64,000 nt of DNA from assembly GCA_022563535.1 (NCBI GenBank), contig JADFNE010000020.1, positions 4,040 through 68,039 on the forward strand. Direction: 5' to 3'. The stretch's first letter is position 1. Each line of letters opens with the position of its first letter. Source of the stretch: Myxococcales bacterium. GTDB taxonomy: Bacteria > Myxococcota_A > UBA9160 > UBA4427. The notes under the pieces are model-generated. The model saw only the letters and a program-made list of their open reading frames with translations, was not told where the DNA came from and did no database searches. Below are positions 30,058 to 39,576 of the stretch, one piece after another. The position numbers were made by a program, and so were the translations under genes.

Positions 30058-32135
30058 TCGCCATGAGAACTTTCTACGCGAGGGATCTCTTCACCGGGCT
30101 GCGACGCGCGACCCGGGAAGTCAAGGTGGGCGACGTCGGGATCGGCGGGGCCAATCCCTTGCGCATTCAATCGATGACCAACACCGATACGCGTGACGTG
30201 CGCGCAACCGTCGACCAGATCGAATCCCTGGCCGAGGTCGATTGCGAGATCGTTCGACTCACGGTGCCCTCGGTGCGAGACGCGGAGGTTCTGCCCGAGA
30301 TTCGCCGAGAGTTGGCGAAGCGTAGGATCACAGTGCCCCTGGTGGCAGACATCCACTTCACACCCAACGCCGCCATGCTCTGCGTCGATCACGTAGAAAA
30401 GATTCGCATCAACCCGGGCAACTACGTCGACCGCAAGAAATTCGAGGTTCGCGAGTTCAGCGACAGCGAATACGCGGTCGAGATCGAAAAAGTTGCGGAT
30501 CGCTTTCGACCGCTGGTCCTGCGCTGTCGTGAGGTGGGGGTATCGATGCGCATCGGGACCAACCATGGATCTCTCAGTGACCGTGTGATGAACCGCTTTG
30601 GCGATACCCCGCGTGGCATGGTGGAGAGCGCGCTCGAGTTTTTGGATGTCTGCGAATCCGAGAACTTCTACGACATCGTCTTCAGCATGAAAGCCTCGAA
30701 CACCCAGATCGCCGTCCAGGCCTATCGACTGCTGGCCCAGAGGCTGAACGCACGTCCGTCGCCGCCGGGGGGGACTTATCCTTTCCATATTGGGGTGACC
30801 GAAGCAGGGGATAGCGAGGATGGCCGCATCAAGAGTGCGATCGGGATCGGCGCTTTGCTCGAAGATGGCATCGGGGACACCATTCGCGTCTCGCTCACCG
30901 AGCATCCCATCCGAGAGATTCCGGTGGCTCGCGCGCTGGCCGAACGCGCCCAGGCGCGTTGGACTGCGGACGAGGGCACGGCCGGAACGCAGCTTCAACA
31001 GGTCTTCACGGCAGATCCCTATAGCTACGAGCGCCGGGAAACCACCGCCCTCGAGCTAGCCGGACTGGCGCTCGGCGGAAAAGAGCCGGTACGGGTCGAA
31101 CTCGATCTGGGTCCGGTACCCCAGCGCAATCTCGACGCATGGTCCGAGGCTCATGCCAAGAGCCTCGCCGGTCAGCGAGATGTCGCTTGCGAGTCGATCC
31201 AGCTTGCGCTTTCGAATCTGGCTGATCTCGCCGATCTCCAGGCGATCGACAGCTTGCGACGCACGCTCTCGAAATGCGGGCTCGATCAACCCCTTGCGTT
31301 TGCCGCCCCCGCGTCCGACGCAACCGACGTCGACAGCTTGAGCCTCGATCTGTCCGAGCGAGTCTCTCGTCTCGTGATTCGGATTGATGGCGAAACTTCG
31401 CTTCGGGCGTGCGAAGTCAGTGCTCGGTTTTCCCAGCGTGCTGGCATTGCACTCGAGTGGTGTCTCGCAGGGGATCTCGCCGGGTTGTCCGCACTCGTCG
31501 ATCGAGCACTCGATGCAAGTCGATCGGCCGGTCAGACACGACTGCTTTTTTCGTGTTCGGTTCCCCGCGCCAATCACGGGGCGAGGCGGATCGTGCAACG
31601 CCTGGGCGAGCGGGGTGCCTCAAATGTCCCGATCGTCTTGCGTCATTACGCCGCTGGCGATTCTTGCGATCGATCCGATTCTGAGCGAGCCATCGTCGAC
31701 GTCGCAATCGATCTCGGGGCCCCACTCTGCGACGGTATTGGCGACATGGTGACGCTCGGAGGGAACGACGATTCGGGACGTGCGGTCGATCTCGCGTATC
31801 GCGTTCTGCAGGGCGCGCGTCTGCGCGCGACTCGCACGGAGTTCATCTCGTGTCCGTCCTGCGGTCGTACGCTGTTCGACCTCGAACTCGTAACCGCGCG
31901 CATCAAGTCCCTCACCGAACATCTAAAGGGAGTCAAGATCGCCATCATGGGTTGTATCGTGAATGGCCCCGGCGAGATGGCGGACGCCGACTTCGGCTAC
32001 GTGGGTTCGGGGGCGGGTCTCGTGACGCTCTACGTCGGCCATGAGGTATTCGCACGAAGCGTGCGCGAAGATCAGGCACCCGGGCGACTGGTCGAACTGA
32101 TCAAGGACTCCGGTCGCTGGGTCGACCCCAGCTAG
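30054..32135 (+). CDS. ispG: 4-hydroxy-3-methylbut-2-enyl diphosphate synthase IspG, long form with a large internal insertion
   Basis: N-terminal TIM-barrel part (PLRIQSMTNTDTRDV..., RINPGN) and C-terminal 4Fe-4S part (FISCPSCGRT...MGCIVNGPGE) are separated by roughly 300 extra residues. Start is TTG 30054 (overlapping the alaS stop) or ATG 30063. Confidence 0.9.
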
Positions 32136-32177
32136 ATCCGACACTATACGGCGTATCCCACCCTGCAGCAGCAACTA

Positions 32178-32708
32178 CTAGCGCTTGAAGGGTGCGGCGA
32201 CACTGGGGAGTGCCTTGAATTGTTCCGGATACTCGTTGGCGACGTATTCTTGGAGTTGTTCCACCGCCTCGACGCTGCGCGATCCCTTGATCGAAGCATG
32301 CTCCTCGCCGAATATCAGGGTCGCGCCGAGCACGAGCAAGGTTCCGACCAACGCACCCTCTGCAACGCCCAGTGCCCCTCCGCCGAGCCGGTCGGCCCAG
32401 CCCAGCCCCACGGCCTCGGCGCCCCGTTTGACGGTTCGCCCCAAATAGCCCACCAGGACCACGGTTCCGATCAGAATCACTGCTCCGGTAATGAAGGGAG
32501 CGGCGCCGGCACCAATTTCTCCACCGGTGAACTCGGTCAACCAATTGGCCGCGTAGCTGTTGCCGAAGCGCAGGGCGATACAGCTGATGCCGACTGCGGC
32601 AATCGAAAAGCTCTCGCGAATCATGCCGATGTAGGCGCCCCGGGCAGCTGCGACCAACAGCACGAACAGAATGAACCCGTCGAGGATGGTGAGCGAATCG
32701 GTATCCAT
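32178..32708 (-). CDS. cvpA: CvpA-family membrane protein
   Basis: Four hydrophobic helices. ILDGFILFVLLVAAARGAYIGMIRE... and GWADRLGGGALGVAEG are typical of CvpA. Confidence 0.8.
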   Translation of the reverse strand: MDTDSLTILDGFILFVLLVAAARGAYIGMIRESFSIAAVGISCIALRFGNSYAANWLTEFTGGEIGAGAAPFITGAVILIGTVVLVGYLGRTVKRGAEAVGLGWADRLGGGALGVAEGALVGTLLVLGATLIFGEEHASIKGSRSVEAVEQLQEYVANEYPEQFKALPSVAAPFKR

Positions 32709-32717
32709 GATCTTTGT

Positions 32718-33527
32718 TTACTCCCCCGAGTTTCCGTTCGGAATTTCGTTGGGCGCGGTGGCGAGCTCGTGCTTCGAAATGACCATCCGGGTGTACATCC
32801 GGGCATCGTCGCGATTGGGATCAAATTTCAATACGGCCTGCCAGCGCTCCAGGGCGTCTTCGCTGCGACCGAGTGTGTAATAGGTGAGTCCGAGTTGAAC
32901 CTGGGCGTCGAGTAGCCCGGGGTTGCCGCGCAGCACGCGTTTGAATTCGCGCAGTGCCTGGTCGGGCAGGCCGAGTTCGCGCAGCGCGACCCCCAGGCGA
33001 TAACGGATGTCGTGGAAATTCGGACAACGATCGAGAGCCTTGCGGTAGCCCTCGACGGCCTCTCGCAATTCTCCTGCATCGAAGTACGCGTCGGCCGTGG
33101 CCGCCTGCAAATTTGCCAGTTTGCCCCGGGTGACGGGATCGAGTGACCCCGAGGAAGTTCGCGTCAGGGCCGATGCTCGTTCGGCAAATTCGCGCGAGTG
33201 GTCGAAATCTCCCCCGCGCTCACACACGCTCGCCAGGGCGAGAAGTGCTTCGGCGTACGACGGGTTCAGGGCAATGGCACGTCGTAAGCTGCGCCCGGCG
33301 GCGTCCGAATCTCCCCTCAGTTCCAGCAGCACCCCGACCATGTAATGGACGTCGGCAAAGTCGTTGCGGGTGCGCAGGAGCGAGTTCAGTGCTTCGAGGG
33401 CGGGGCCGACGTCCCCGCGTTCGAACAGGGATCGCCCCAGCGAGTACGCTTCGCGCTCACCGCTCGTCATGCGAATGGATCGGATGATCTTGGTTGGAAC
33501 TGCGGTCGCTCCGTCTGATCGCTCCAA
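32718..33527 (-). CDS. TPR-repeat protein
   Basis: Several 34-residue TPR-like units (ALEALNSLL..DVHYMVGVLL.., AIALNPSYAEALLALA.., AVEGYRKALDRCPNFHDIRYRLG..). TTG at 33527 has an AGGAG 9 nt upstream (alternative ATG 33470). Confidence 0.75.
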   Translation of the reverse strand: MERSDGATAVPTKIIRSIRMTSGEREAYSLGRSLFERGDVGPALEALNSLLRTRNDFADVHYMVGVLLELRGDSDAAGRSLRRAIALNPSYAEALLALASVCERGGDFDHSREFAERASALTRTSSGSLDPVTRGKLANLQAATADAYFDAGELREAVEGYRKALDRCPNFHDIRYRLGVALRELGLPDQALREFKRVLRGNPGLLDAQVQLGLTYYTLGRSEDALERWQAVLKFDPNRDDARMYTRMVISKHELATAPNEIPNGNSGE

Positions 33528-33631
33528 GCTGGCCCGCTCCTGTTGTTTCGATCCGCTGAGGACCGCAAGAGAAGGTTACAGCAGGCGTAGCGAAAAGACC
33601 CTCATGCCCGCGCACCCCGATCAATTGACGG

Positions 33632-34441
33632 TCAGTTCGTTGCCGCGATTCTCTCGGACGCCAGTTTCGCTGTGTCCGATTTTGGATAGTTGGCGACGAC
33701 GACATGGAACAACCTTCGGGCCTCGTCGCGTCGCATCATGTTCTCGTAACAGACCCCGAGCTTGTAGAGGACCTCGGCGTCGAGTCCGAGTCCCGGGTAG
33801 ACATTGAGCACCGTGCGATAGCGCTCGGCAGCAGCTTGAAACTCATCCCTCTTCATGTAGAAGTCGCCCATCTGCATCATGTTGCGCGAAAGGCGAGTGC
33901 GCAGGTCCCGCAGCATCGCTTCGCCCTTCCGGGTCTCGAGCGCGTAGGGGTGCTCTCGGATCAGAATCTCGAGATAGATCTGCGCTTCCCGGGTCGCGGT
34001 CTGGTCCCGGTTGATCGAGCGGATTTGTTCGTAGTGACACAGCGCCGAGCGGAGCACCGTATACGGCACTTTTTCGTGTTGGGGGTGGAGGTCGGAAAAG
34101 GACCGGTAGTACGACAGCGCGTCGTCGTAGCGTCGGTTATCGAAGTAGGCGTCTGCGATTCGCAGCTCGGCCTGGACCGCAAGTTCGTGATACGGATAGT
34201 TGTCGATGATCGTCTGGAACGTTTCGATCGCCTCGTCGTAGTCGACGACGGTGAACCAAATGTAGGCGCGCTTTCCCTTCAGGATCTCGAGGCCCTTCTC
34301 GTACAATTCCTCAGCGGGTGCCACTTCGACAAAAAGCGGCGGTCTTTCCCTGCAGGAAGACCCAAAAGCGAGCAGGAGCGCAAGTGTGGCCCACACCCAG
34401 ATTTTACTTCGAGGTGAGACCCCGGATCGGTGGTATTGCAT
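33632..34441 (-). CDS. bamD: Outer membrane protein assembly factor BamD (YfiO-like TPR lipoprotein)
   Basis: Lipobox LLAFGSSC. BamD-like AEELYEKGLEILK...AIETFQTIIDNYPYHELAVQAELRIADAYF...GDFYMKRDEFQAAAERYRTVL. Start is ATG 34441 (alternative TTG 34477). Confidence 0.85.
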   Translation of the reverse strand: MQYHRSGVSPRSKIWVWATLALLLAFGSSCRERPPLFVEVAPAEELYEKGLEILKGKRAYIWFTVVDYDEAIETFQTIIDNYPYHELAVQAELRIADAYFDNRRYDDALSYYRSFSDLHPQHEKVPYTVLRSALCHYEQIRSINRDQTATREAQIYLEILIREHPYALETRKGEAMLRDLRTRLSRNMMQMGDFYMKRDEFQAAAERYRTVLNVYPGLGLDAEVLYKLGVCYENMMRRDEARRLFHVVVANYPKSDTAKLASERIAATN

Positions 34442-34588
34442 TTTGAAACCTTTCTCTGGCCGCGGGAGGGAGGTCAAATCACAAATCCTCTCGCGGCGGG
34501 TTCAATCTGCTAGGCTACTGGCCGCAGGTTTTCGGTTCCCTGCATGTTCAAGGTGAACCCCGCGGAATCATTCAGTGTTCTGCATATC

Positions 34589-34640
34589 ATTCTAGACAAT
34601 ATTCTAGACAAACTAGAATTCTAGACAAACTAGACGACAA
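34589..34640. repeat. Dense CTAGA array: ATTCTAGACAA x3, including ATTCTAGACAAACTAGA x2 in tandem; five CTAGA cores in about 45 bp
   Basis: Read directly. It lies in the divergent bamD / ORF-34679 intergenic region. Confidence 0.85.
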
Positions 34641-34678
34641 CCCAATTTCAATCCCAACTCAGATTCAAGAAAGGGTCG

Positions 34679-34969
34679 GTGCGAACCATGGAACGAGGCT
34701 CTCTCGAACAGCTCCAATATGACAAGCGGCTGCGGCTGCGCAATGGCTGGATCAGCAAAGCACAGGAGCAGAGCTACATCGACGCTCTGCCGGACGTTTC
34801 GGACAAAATTTTCATCTTCATCGAAGAAGAAGAAGAAGAACCCGAAGCGCAAGAGCAGGTCGTCGAGGCGCCGGTCGGTGTGCCCAGCGATCCAATGGCA
34901 GAGCCCGCGGACACCACGGTCGGAACCCCGGTGGATCCGCTGTCTCCGCCGCCGTTCAGAGAGGTCTGA
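34679..34969 (+). CDS. Small hypothetical acidic protein
   Basis: 96-aa ORF (GTG 34679 or ATG 34688) directly upstream of, and 2 nt from, the next gene. EEEEEE run and a Pro-rich tail. No family recognised. Confidence 0.45.
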   Translation: MRTMERGSLEQLQYDKRLRLRNGWISKAQEQSYIDALPDVSDKIFIFIEEEEEEPEAQEQVVEAPVGVPSDPMAEPADTTVGTPVDPLSPPPFREV

Positions 34970-34971
34970 AC

Positions 34972-35589
34972 GTGATCAAGGAGAGGTTGGGTCACCGCGT
35001 CGATGGCTTCGTCCATGCGGTTTTCCCCTTCCTCTTTCTGCGCCCCATCAATCCAGATTGGCTGACCGTGTGCGGCGCCGCTGTGTCCGTGGCTGCGGCC
35101 GCGGCTTTTTCTCAGGGCGAATTTCTGGTCGGCGGTCTGGTAATGTTCGTCAGCGGGTGTTTTGATCTAGTCGACGGCGTCGTCGCCCGGCACTTCAAGA
35201 TCTCGACCACTTTTGGCGGGTTTCTCGATTCGACCCTCGATCGCCTGGTCGACATGGTCGTACTGCTCGGCATCGTGCTCTTCTATGCCGGGGCAGGGCA
35301 GCAGGGGCTCGCAGTTCTCACGGCATACGTTCTGGTGTGCACCGTCCTGACCTCATATTCGAAAGCCCGGGCCGAGCTGCATATTGGGCATATGCCGGGT
35401 GGTATGCTCGAGCGCGGTGAGCGGATGGGTTTATTGGTGTTTGGCGCGGTATTTGGCCTCGTCGAACCCGTACTGTGGGTGCTGGCCGCGGGAACGACCT
35501 ATACGTTTGCCCAGCGACTCTGGGTGGCTCAGCGCGAACTGGCGCTGCTCGACGCAGCGCGGGGTGCCAATCCGACGGAGGCGGCGTAA
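34972..35589 (+). CDS. CDP-alcohol phosphatidyltransferase family protein
   Basis: Signature D-x2-DG-x2-AR-x8-G-x3-D-x3-D seen as DLVDGVVARHFKISTTFGGFLDSTLDRLVD. Multiple TM helices. Confidence 0.85.
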   Translation: MIKERLGHRVDGFVHAVFPFLFLRPINPDWLTVCGAAVSVAAAAAFSQGEFLVGGLVMFVSGCFDLVDGVVARHFKISTTFGGFLDSTLDRLVDMVVLLGIVLFYAGAGQQGLAVLTAYVLVCTVLTSYSKARAELHIGHMPGGMLERGERMGLLVFGAVFGLVEPVLWVLAAGTTYTFAQRLWVAQRELALLDAARGANPTEAA

Positions 35590-35592
35590 CCG

Positions 35593-35883
35593 ATGAGTGA
35601 TTCCACTGGATCCGATTCCAAGACGAAGGAGATGAAAGGCCTGCCGTCGATCGATTTTTCGACCTTCGTACTTTCGCTTTCGACGTCGGCGCTCTACCAG
35701 ATGGGTCTGGTCAACGGACCCGACGGAGCCCCAGTAGGCGAGCAGGATCTGATCATGGCGCGTCAGACCATCGACACCCTCAAGATGTTGCGCGTCAAGA
35801 CCCAGGGCAATCTCGAAGAAGGCGAACTCAAGCTGATCGACAACCTGCTCTACGAGCTCCACAGTCGTTTCGTCTCGCTTTAG
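35593..35883 (+). CDS. DUF1844-like small protein
   Basis: FSTFVLSLSTSALYQMGL...LIMARQTIDTLKMLRVKTQGNLEEGELKLIDNLLYELHSRFV matches my recollection of the DUF1844 pattern. Confidence 0.65.
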   Translation: MSDSTGSDSKTKEMKGLPSIDFSTFVLSLSTSALYQMGLVNGPDGAPVGEQDLIMARQTIDTLKMLRVKTQGNLEEGELKLIDNLLYELHSRFVSL

Positions 35884-35894
35884 CCCGGATTTTC

Positions 35895-36881
35895 ATGACC
35901 GCCGCGACCTCGACGAGCACGAGCACCGCATTGGCTCCTGCCAAGTTGAACCTCGGCCTGCGGGTATTGGGTCGCAAGCCCGATGGCTACCACCTGCTCG
36001 AGAGTCTCTTCGTTCCCCTGGAACTCGCGGATCGTCTCAGCCTGGAGCTCGGGGCGATTGCGCCGGCGGCTTCCGCCCCGGACCTCGATATTGCTTTCGA
36101 GATGCTTGGCACCCCCGAGCTTCCGGCCAGTTCGTCGTTTCCCGAGGTTTCGGAGAATCTCGCGGTGCGAGCCGCTCGGGCTTTTTTCGCGGCTGCGAGA
36201 TGGTCGGGGAGCTTGTCGATCCGGCTCGAGAAGTCGATTCCGATCGGGGCCGGGCTCGGCGGCGGGTCGAGCGATGCCGGTACGATTTTGCGGATGCTCC
36301 ATGCGTTGCATCCCGAGGCATTGAACCGCCGCGCCCTGTCCGAGCTCGCGGCCGAACTCGGGGCGGACGTTCCCTTCTTTCTCATGCCCGAGCCCAGCCT
36401 GGTGAGCGGGATCGGCGCGGAAATCTCTCCTCTCCCCGGGCTACCAGAGCAGTGGCTGTTGCTGGTCAATCCCGGCGTATCCCTCGCAACCGCTGAGGTT
36501 TTCGAGCAATTCGATCGCGGGTCGGCCGCGTTGACGCTCGACCGGACCCGCTATACGATGCGGGCGCTCGAGGGACTCAGTGGGGGCCTCCGGGCCGCAG
36601 AAACGCTTTCGAAGGCATTCGATTCGGGACTGCTCGAAAACGATCTCGAAGCTGCGGCCACCAGTCTCTGTCCGGCCATCGGAGTGCTCAAAGAGCGACT
36701 TCGGAATCTCGGGGCACGCTGGACAGGAATGAGCGGGAGTGGCGCCACGGTTTATGGCGTCTTCGCCGACGAGGCTCTGGCCCTTTCGGCGCTCGAGCGG
36801 GCGGATTTTGAGGCGCCCATTTGGGCATGCGTCACGCGGACGCTGGGGGAAATCGAAAGCGTAGCGCGAAGAAGCGTGTAG
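35895..36881 (+). CDS. ispE: 4-diphosphocytidyl-2-C-methyl-D-erythritol kinase
   Basis: APAKLNLGLRVLGRKPDGYH and the GHMP kinase motif IPIGAGLGGGSSDAG. Confidence 0.9.
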   Translation: MTAATSTSTSTALAPAKLNLGLRVLGRKPDGYHLLESLFVPLELADRLSLELGAIAPAASAPDLDIAFEMLGTPELPASSSFPEVSENLAVRAARAFFAAARWSGSLSIRLEKSIPIGAGLGGGSSDAGTILRMLHALHPEALNRRALSELAAELGADVPFFLMPEPSLVSGIGAEISPLPGLPEQWLLLVNPGVSLATAEVFEQFDRGSAALTLDRTRYTMRALEGLSGGLRAAETLSKAFDSGLLENDLEAAATSLCPAIGVLKERLRNLGARWTGMSGSGATVYGVFADEALALSALERADFEAPIWACVTRTLGEIESVARRSV

Positions 36882-36952
36882 AAGCGCGTACCTGGAGACG
36901 CATAAGAAGACGGAAACTGAAACCGTTCGAATCCCAGACATGGGTTCGATCT

Positions 36953-37027
36953 TGGGGCGTCGCCAAATGGTAAGGCAGCGGCCTTTGGAGCCGCCATCTG
37001 CAGGTTCGAGTCCTGCCGCCCCAACCA
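36953..37027 (+). tRNA. tRNA-Gln (anticodon UUG), with genomically encoded CCA
   Basis: Manual cloverleaf. Acceptor TGGGGCG/CGCCCCA. Anticodon stem GCGGC/GCCGC with loop CTTTGGA. T arm GCAGG-TTCGAGT-CCTGC. Discriminator A at 37024, followed by CCA. Confidence 0.9.
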
Positions 37028-37090
37028 ATCGTTTTTTGCAAGATAAGCAAGACAAGCAGTTAGAGCAGACAACGCGAATAGAGAAAACTT

Positions 37091-38020
37091 ATGAAGTTGT
37101 TCAGCGGAAATTCAAACCTCGCCCTGTCGCGAAACATCGCAGACTATCTCGGGATGAGTCTCGGTCAGGCCGAGGTCGGCACGTTCAGTGACGGCGAGTG
37201 CAGCGTCGAGATCACCGAGAACGTGCGCGGTATGGACTGCTTCGTGCTTCAGTCGTTGTGTGCCCCCGCCAACGTCCACATCATGGAACTGCTCATCATG
37301 CTGGATGCGCTCAAGCGTTCGTCTGCGCGCAGAGTGACGGCGGTTGTCCCCTACTACGGCTACGCGCGCCAGGATCGCAAGGTCAAACCCCGCGTTCCCA
37401 TCACGGCAAAGTTGGTCGCAGACCTGCTGACGACCGCCGGGGCCGATCGCGTGCTGTGCCTGGACCTGCACGCGGGTCAGATTCAGGGCTTCTTCAATAT
37501 TCCGGTCGACAATCTCTATGCCACCGGTGTGTTGCTGAAAGCAATGAAAAAGCGCGTGCCCGGGCCTGTGACGATCATCTCTCCGGATGCCGGCGGCGTG
37601 GAGCGGGCGCGTGCCTACGCCAAGCGGCTCGACGCCAGCCTGGTCATTGTCGACAAGCGCCGCGAGAGAGCCAATGTCTCCGAAGTGATGCACATCATCG
37701 GCGACGTAAAAGGTGCGACCTGCGTGATCGTCGACGACATGGTCGACACGGCCGGCACCCTGGCCGAGGCGGCGCGCAGTTTGATCAAAGCCGGTGCCGA
37801 ATCCGTTTATGCCGCAGTCGCGCATCCGGTGCTTTCGGGACCCGCGATCAAGCGATTGATCGAATCCCCGTTGTCGGAGCTGATCGTGACCGATTCGATT
37901 CCGCTCCGAACCGAGGCGCGAGAATGCGGCAAGATTCACGTGGTCTCTGTGGCCGAGCATATGGGCGAAGCCATTCGCCGCATCAACAACGAAGAAAGTG
38001 TGAGTTCGCTTTTCGACTGA
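37091..38020 (+). CDS. prs: Ribose-phosphate pyrophosphokinase
   Basis: MKLFSGNSN..LA..IA; VVPYYGYARQDRK; PRPP loop VIVDDMVDTAGT. Confidence 0.95.
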   Translation: MKLFSGNSNLALSRNIADYLGMSLGQAEVGTFSDGECSVEITENVRGMDCFVLQSLCAPANVHIMELLIMLDALKRSSARRVTAVVPYYGYARQDRKVKPRVPITAKLVADLLTTAGADRVLCLDLHAGQIQGFFNIPVDNLYATGVLLKAMKKRVPGPVTIISPDAGGVERARAYAKRLDASLVIVDKRRERANVSEVMHIIGDVKGATCVIVDDMVDTAGTLAEAARSLIKAGAESVYAAVAHPVLSGPAIKRLIESPLSELIVTDSIPLRTEARECGKIHVVSVAEHMGEAIRRINNEESVSSLFD

Positions 38021-38090
38021 GCGTCGAGCGACATTCTCGGGCCATGGAAAAGACAACGTGGCTCAATTCCAAACGATTTAGGAGAACACC

Positions 38091-38783
38091 GTGGCCGATC
38101 CAACACTCGCAGTCGAACTTAGAAGCGATACGGGCAAGGGCTTTGCGCGCCGCTTGCGCACCCAGGGTCGGGTCCCGGCAGTGGTCTATGGACACAACCG
38201 GGCGTCGATCTCACTCACCCTCGAGGCGAGCGAACTCGAGAACCTGCTGAAGTCGAGCCACGCGGGGCTCAATACCCTGATCGACCTTCAGGGTGCGAGC
38301 GAGGTCAAGGGCAAGATCGTGTTGGTCAAAGAACTCCAACGACACCCGGTCGCCGGCACCCTGGTGCATGCTGATTTCTTCGAAATCGACAGGTCGGAGA
38401 AAATCCACGTTTCGGTTCCGATTCACCTGACCGGTAGCGCGGTGGGCGTAAGTCTCGGCGGAATTCTCGAACACTCGATGCGCGAAATCGATCTCGCTTG
38501 TCTCCCCACGGCCATTCCCGACTCGATCGATATCGACGTCAGTGCGCTGGAAGTTGGCGACACACTTCACGTTAGCGATCTGACCCTTCCCGACGGTGTA
38601 GAAACGAGCGCCGATCCGGGTCTTGCCGTTGCGCACGTTGCAGTGCCCAAGGTCGAGGAGGTCCCGGAAGTCGTGGCTGAGGGCGAAGCAGTCGAGGGCG
38701 ATGTTGCTGAGGGCGAGGCCGCCAAGGACGATGCGGCCGCTGACGATGACAAAGCCGCAGACGCAAAAGATTCGGACAAATAG
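38091..38783 (+). CDS. rplY: 50S ribosomal protein L25/Ctc (long form) with an acidic tail
   Basis: RRLRTQGRVPAVVYG, a two-domain length, and a tail EGEAVEGDVAEGEAAKDDAAADDDKAADAKDSDK. Conserved prs-ctc-pth synteny. Confidence 0.9.
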   Translation: MADPTLAVELRSDTGKGFARRLRTQGRVPAVVYGHNRASISLTLEASELENLLKSSHAGLNTLIDLQGASEVKGKIVLVKELQRHPVAGTLVHADFFEIDRSEKIHVSVPIHLTGSAVGVSLGGILEHSMREIDLACLPTAIPDSIDIDVSALEVGDTLHVSDLTLPDGVETSADPGLAVAHVAVPKVEEVPEVVAEGEAVEGDVAEGEAAKDDAAADDDKAADAKDSDK

Positions 38784-38808
38784 CGAACTCCCCGTGTGAG
38801 GTCGTCGC

Positions 38809-39393
38809 TTGAGGCTGCTGGTTGGACTTGGCAATCCGGGGCCGAACCACGCGAGAACCCGCCACAATGTGGGTTTTCGGGTGCTCGACGCGTTGGCGTC
38901 CCGCCACCGGATCGAGATCCATACCCCCGCTTTCGCGGGGCACTTCGGCCGGGGTCTGATCGCGGGCTGTGAAGTGGGCCTGCTCAAGCCAGAGACCTTC
39001 ATGAATCGCTCGGGTAGCGCGGTTGCGGCCGCACTCGCCGCCATGCCCAGCGTGGAACTGACCCGGGACCTGATCCTGGTCTACGACGATCTCGATCTAC
39101 CCTTCGGGCGCTTGCGCCTGCGAGGGCAGGGAGGAGCCGGGGGGCATCGCGGGGCAGCGGATGTGATCGACGCGCTCGGGAGCGATGGCTTTGCGCGCCT
39201 GCGCTTCGGGATCGGGCGTCCACCCGAGTCGAGTTCCACGATCGACTATGTCCTCGAAGAATTTTCCGCCGACGAAGAAAATAAGTTGGTTGCGAGAATA
39301 GACGCGGCGGTTCAAGCGCTTGAAGCGTCCATTGCCGATGGCATCGAAGCCGCGATGAGCGACTTCAATGCTGAGCCGTCGCCGGGAGATTGA
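38809..39393 (+). CDS. pth: Peptidyl-tRNA hydrolase
   Basis: LLVGLGNPGPNHARTRHNVGF... and GGAGGHRG. TTG start. Confidence 0.9.
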   Translation: MRLLVGLGNPGPNHARTRHNVGFRVLDALASRHRIEIHTPAFAGHFGRGLIAGCEVGLLKPETFMNRSGSAVAAALAAMPSVELTRDLILVYDDLDLPFGRLRLRGQGGAGGHRGAADVIDALGSDGFARLRFGIGRPPESSSTIDYVLEEFSADEENKLVARIDAAVQALEASIADGIEAAMSDFNAEPSPGD

Positions 39394-39576
39394 TCGCGCG
39401 GTTGCGCGGCGGTTGCCGTCTCCTGCCGCCACCCGCGGCCAATTCGAATAGATCAAGACGATTACGAGAATAGTCGAAGTGGGCGTTGAGAATGCTCGGT
39501 CATCAGGTCGAGGCATTCCCACGAGTTGTCAGCGATTCGATTCCGATCGAGTCGCTGGCAGCGGGAGGATGCGTCC

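Noticed and set aside
34589-34640. Whether the short tandem arrays (here and at 13636, 22982, 55259) are CRISPR arrays
   Set aside because: The units are 9-18 bp and contiguous, with no unique spacers of 25-40 bp, and no cas genes are nearby.
36882-36952. tRNA-like T-arm strings (GTTCGAATCCC, GGGTTCGATCT) just upstream of tRNA-Gln
   Set aside because: I could not build acceptor, D or anticodon stems around them. They are probably chance or a degraded fragment.
36953-37027. tRNA-Gln as an integration hotspot or genomic-island boundary
   Set aside because: It is flanked by the conserved ispE / prs-ctc-pth housekeeping synteny. There is no integrase, no direct repeat of the tRNA 3' end, and no compositional break.
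37112-38250. 314-aa minus-strand and 350-aa plus-strand alternative-frame ORFs over prs
   Set aside because: prs motifs are unambiguous in the annotated frame. The alternatives are Arg/Gly/His-rich composition artefacts.
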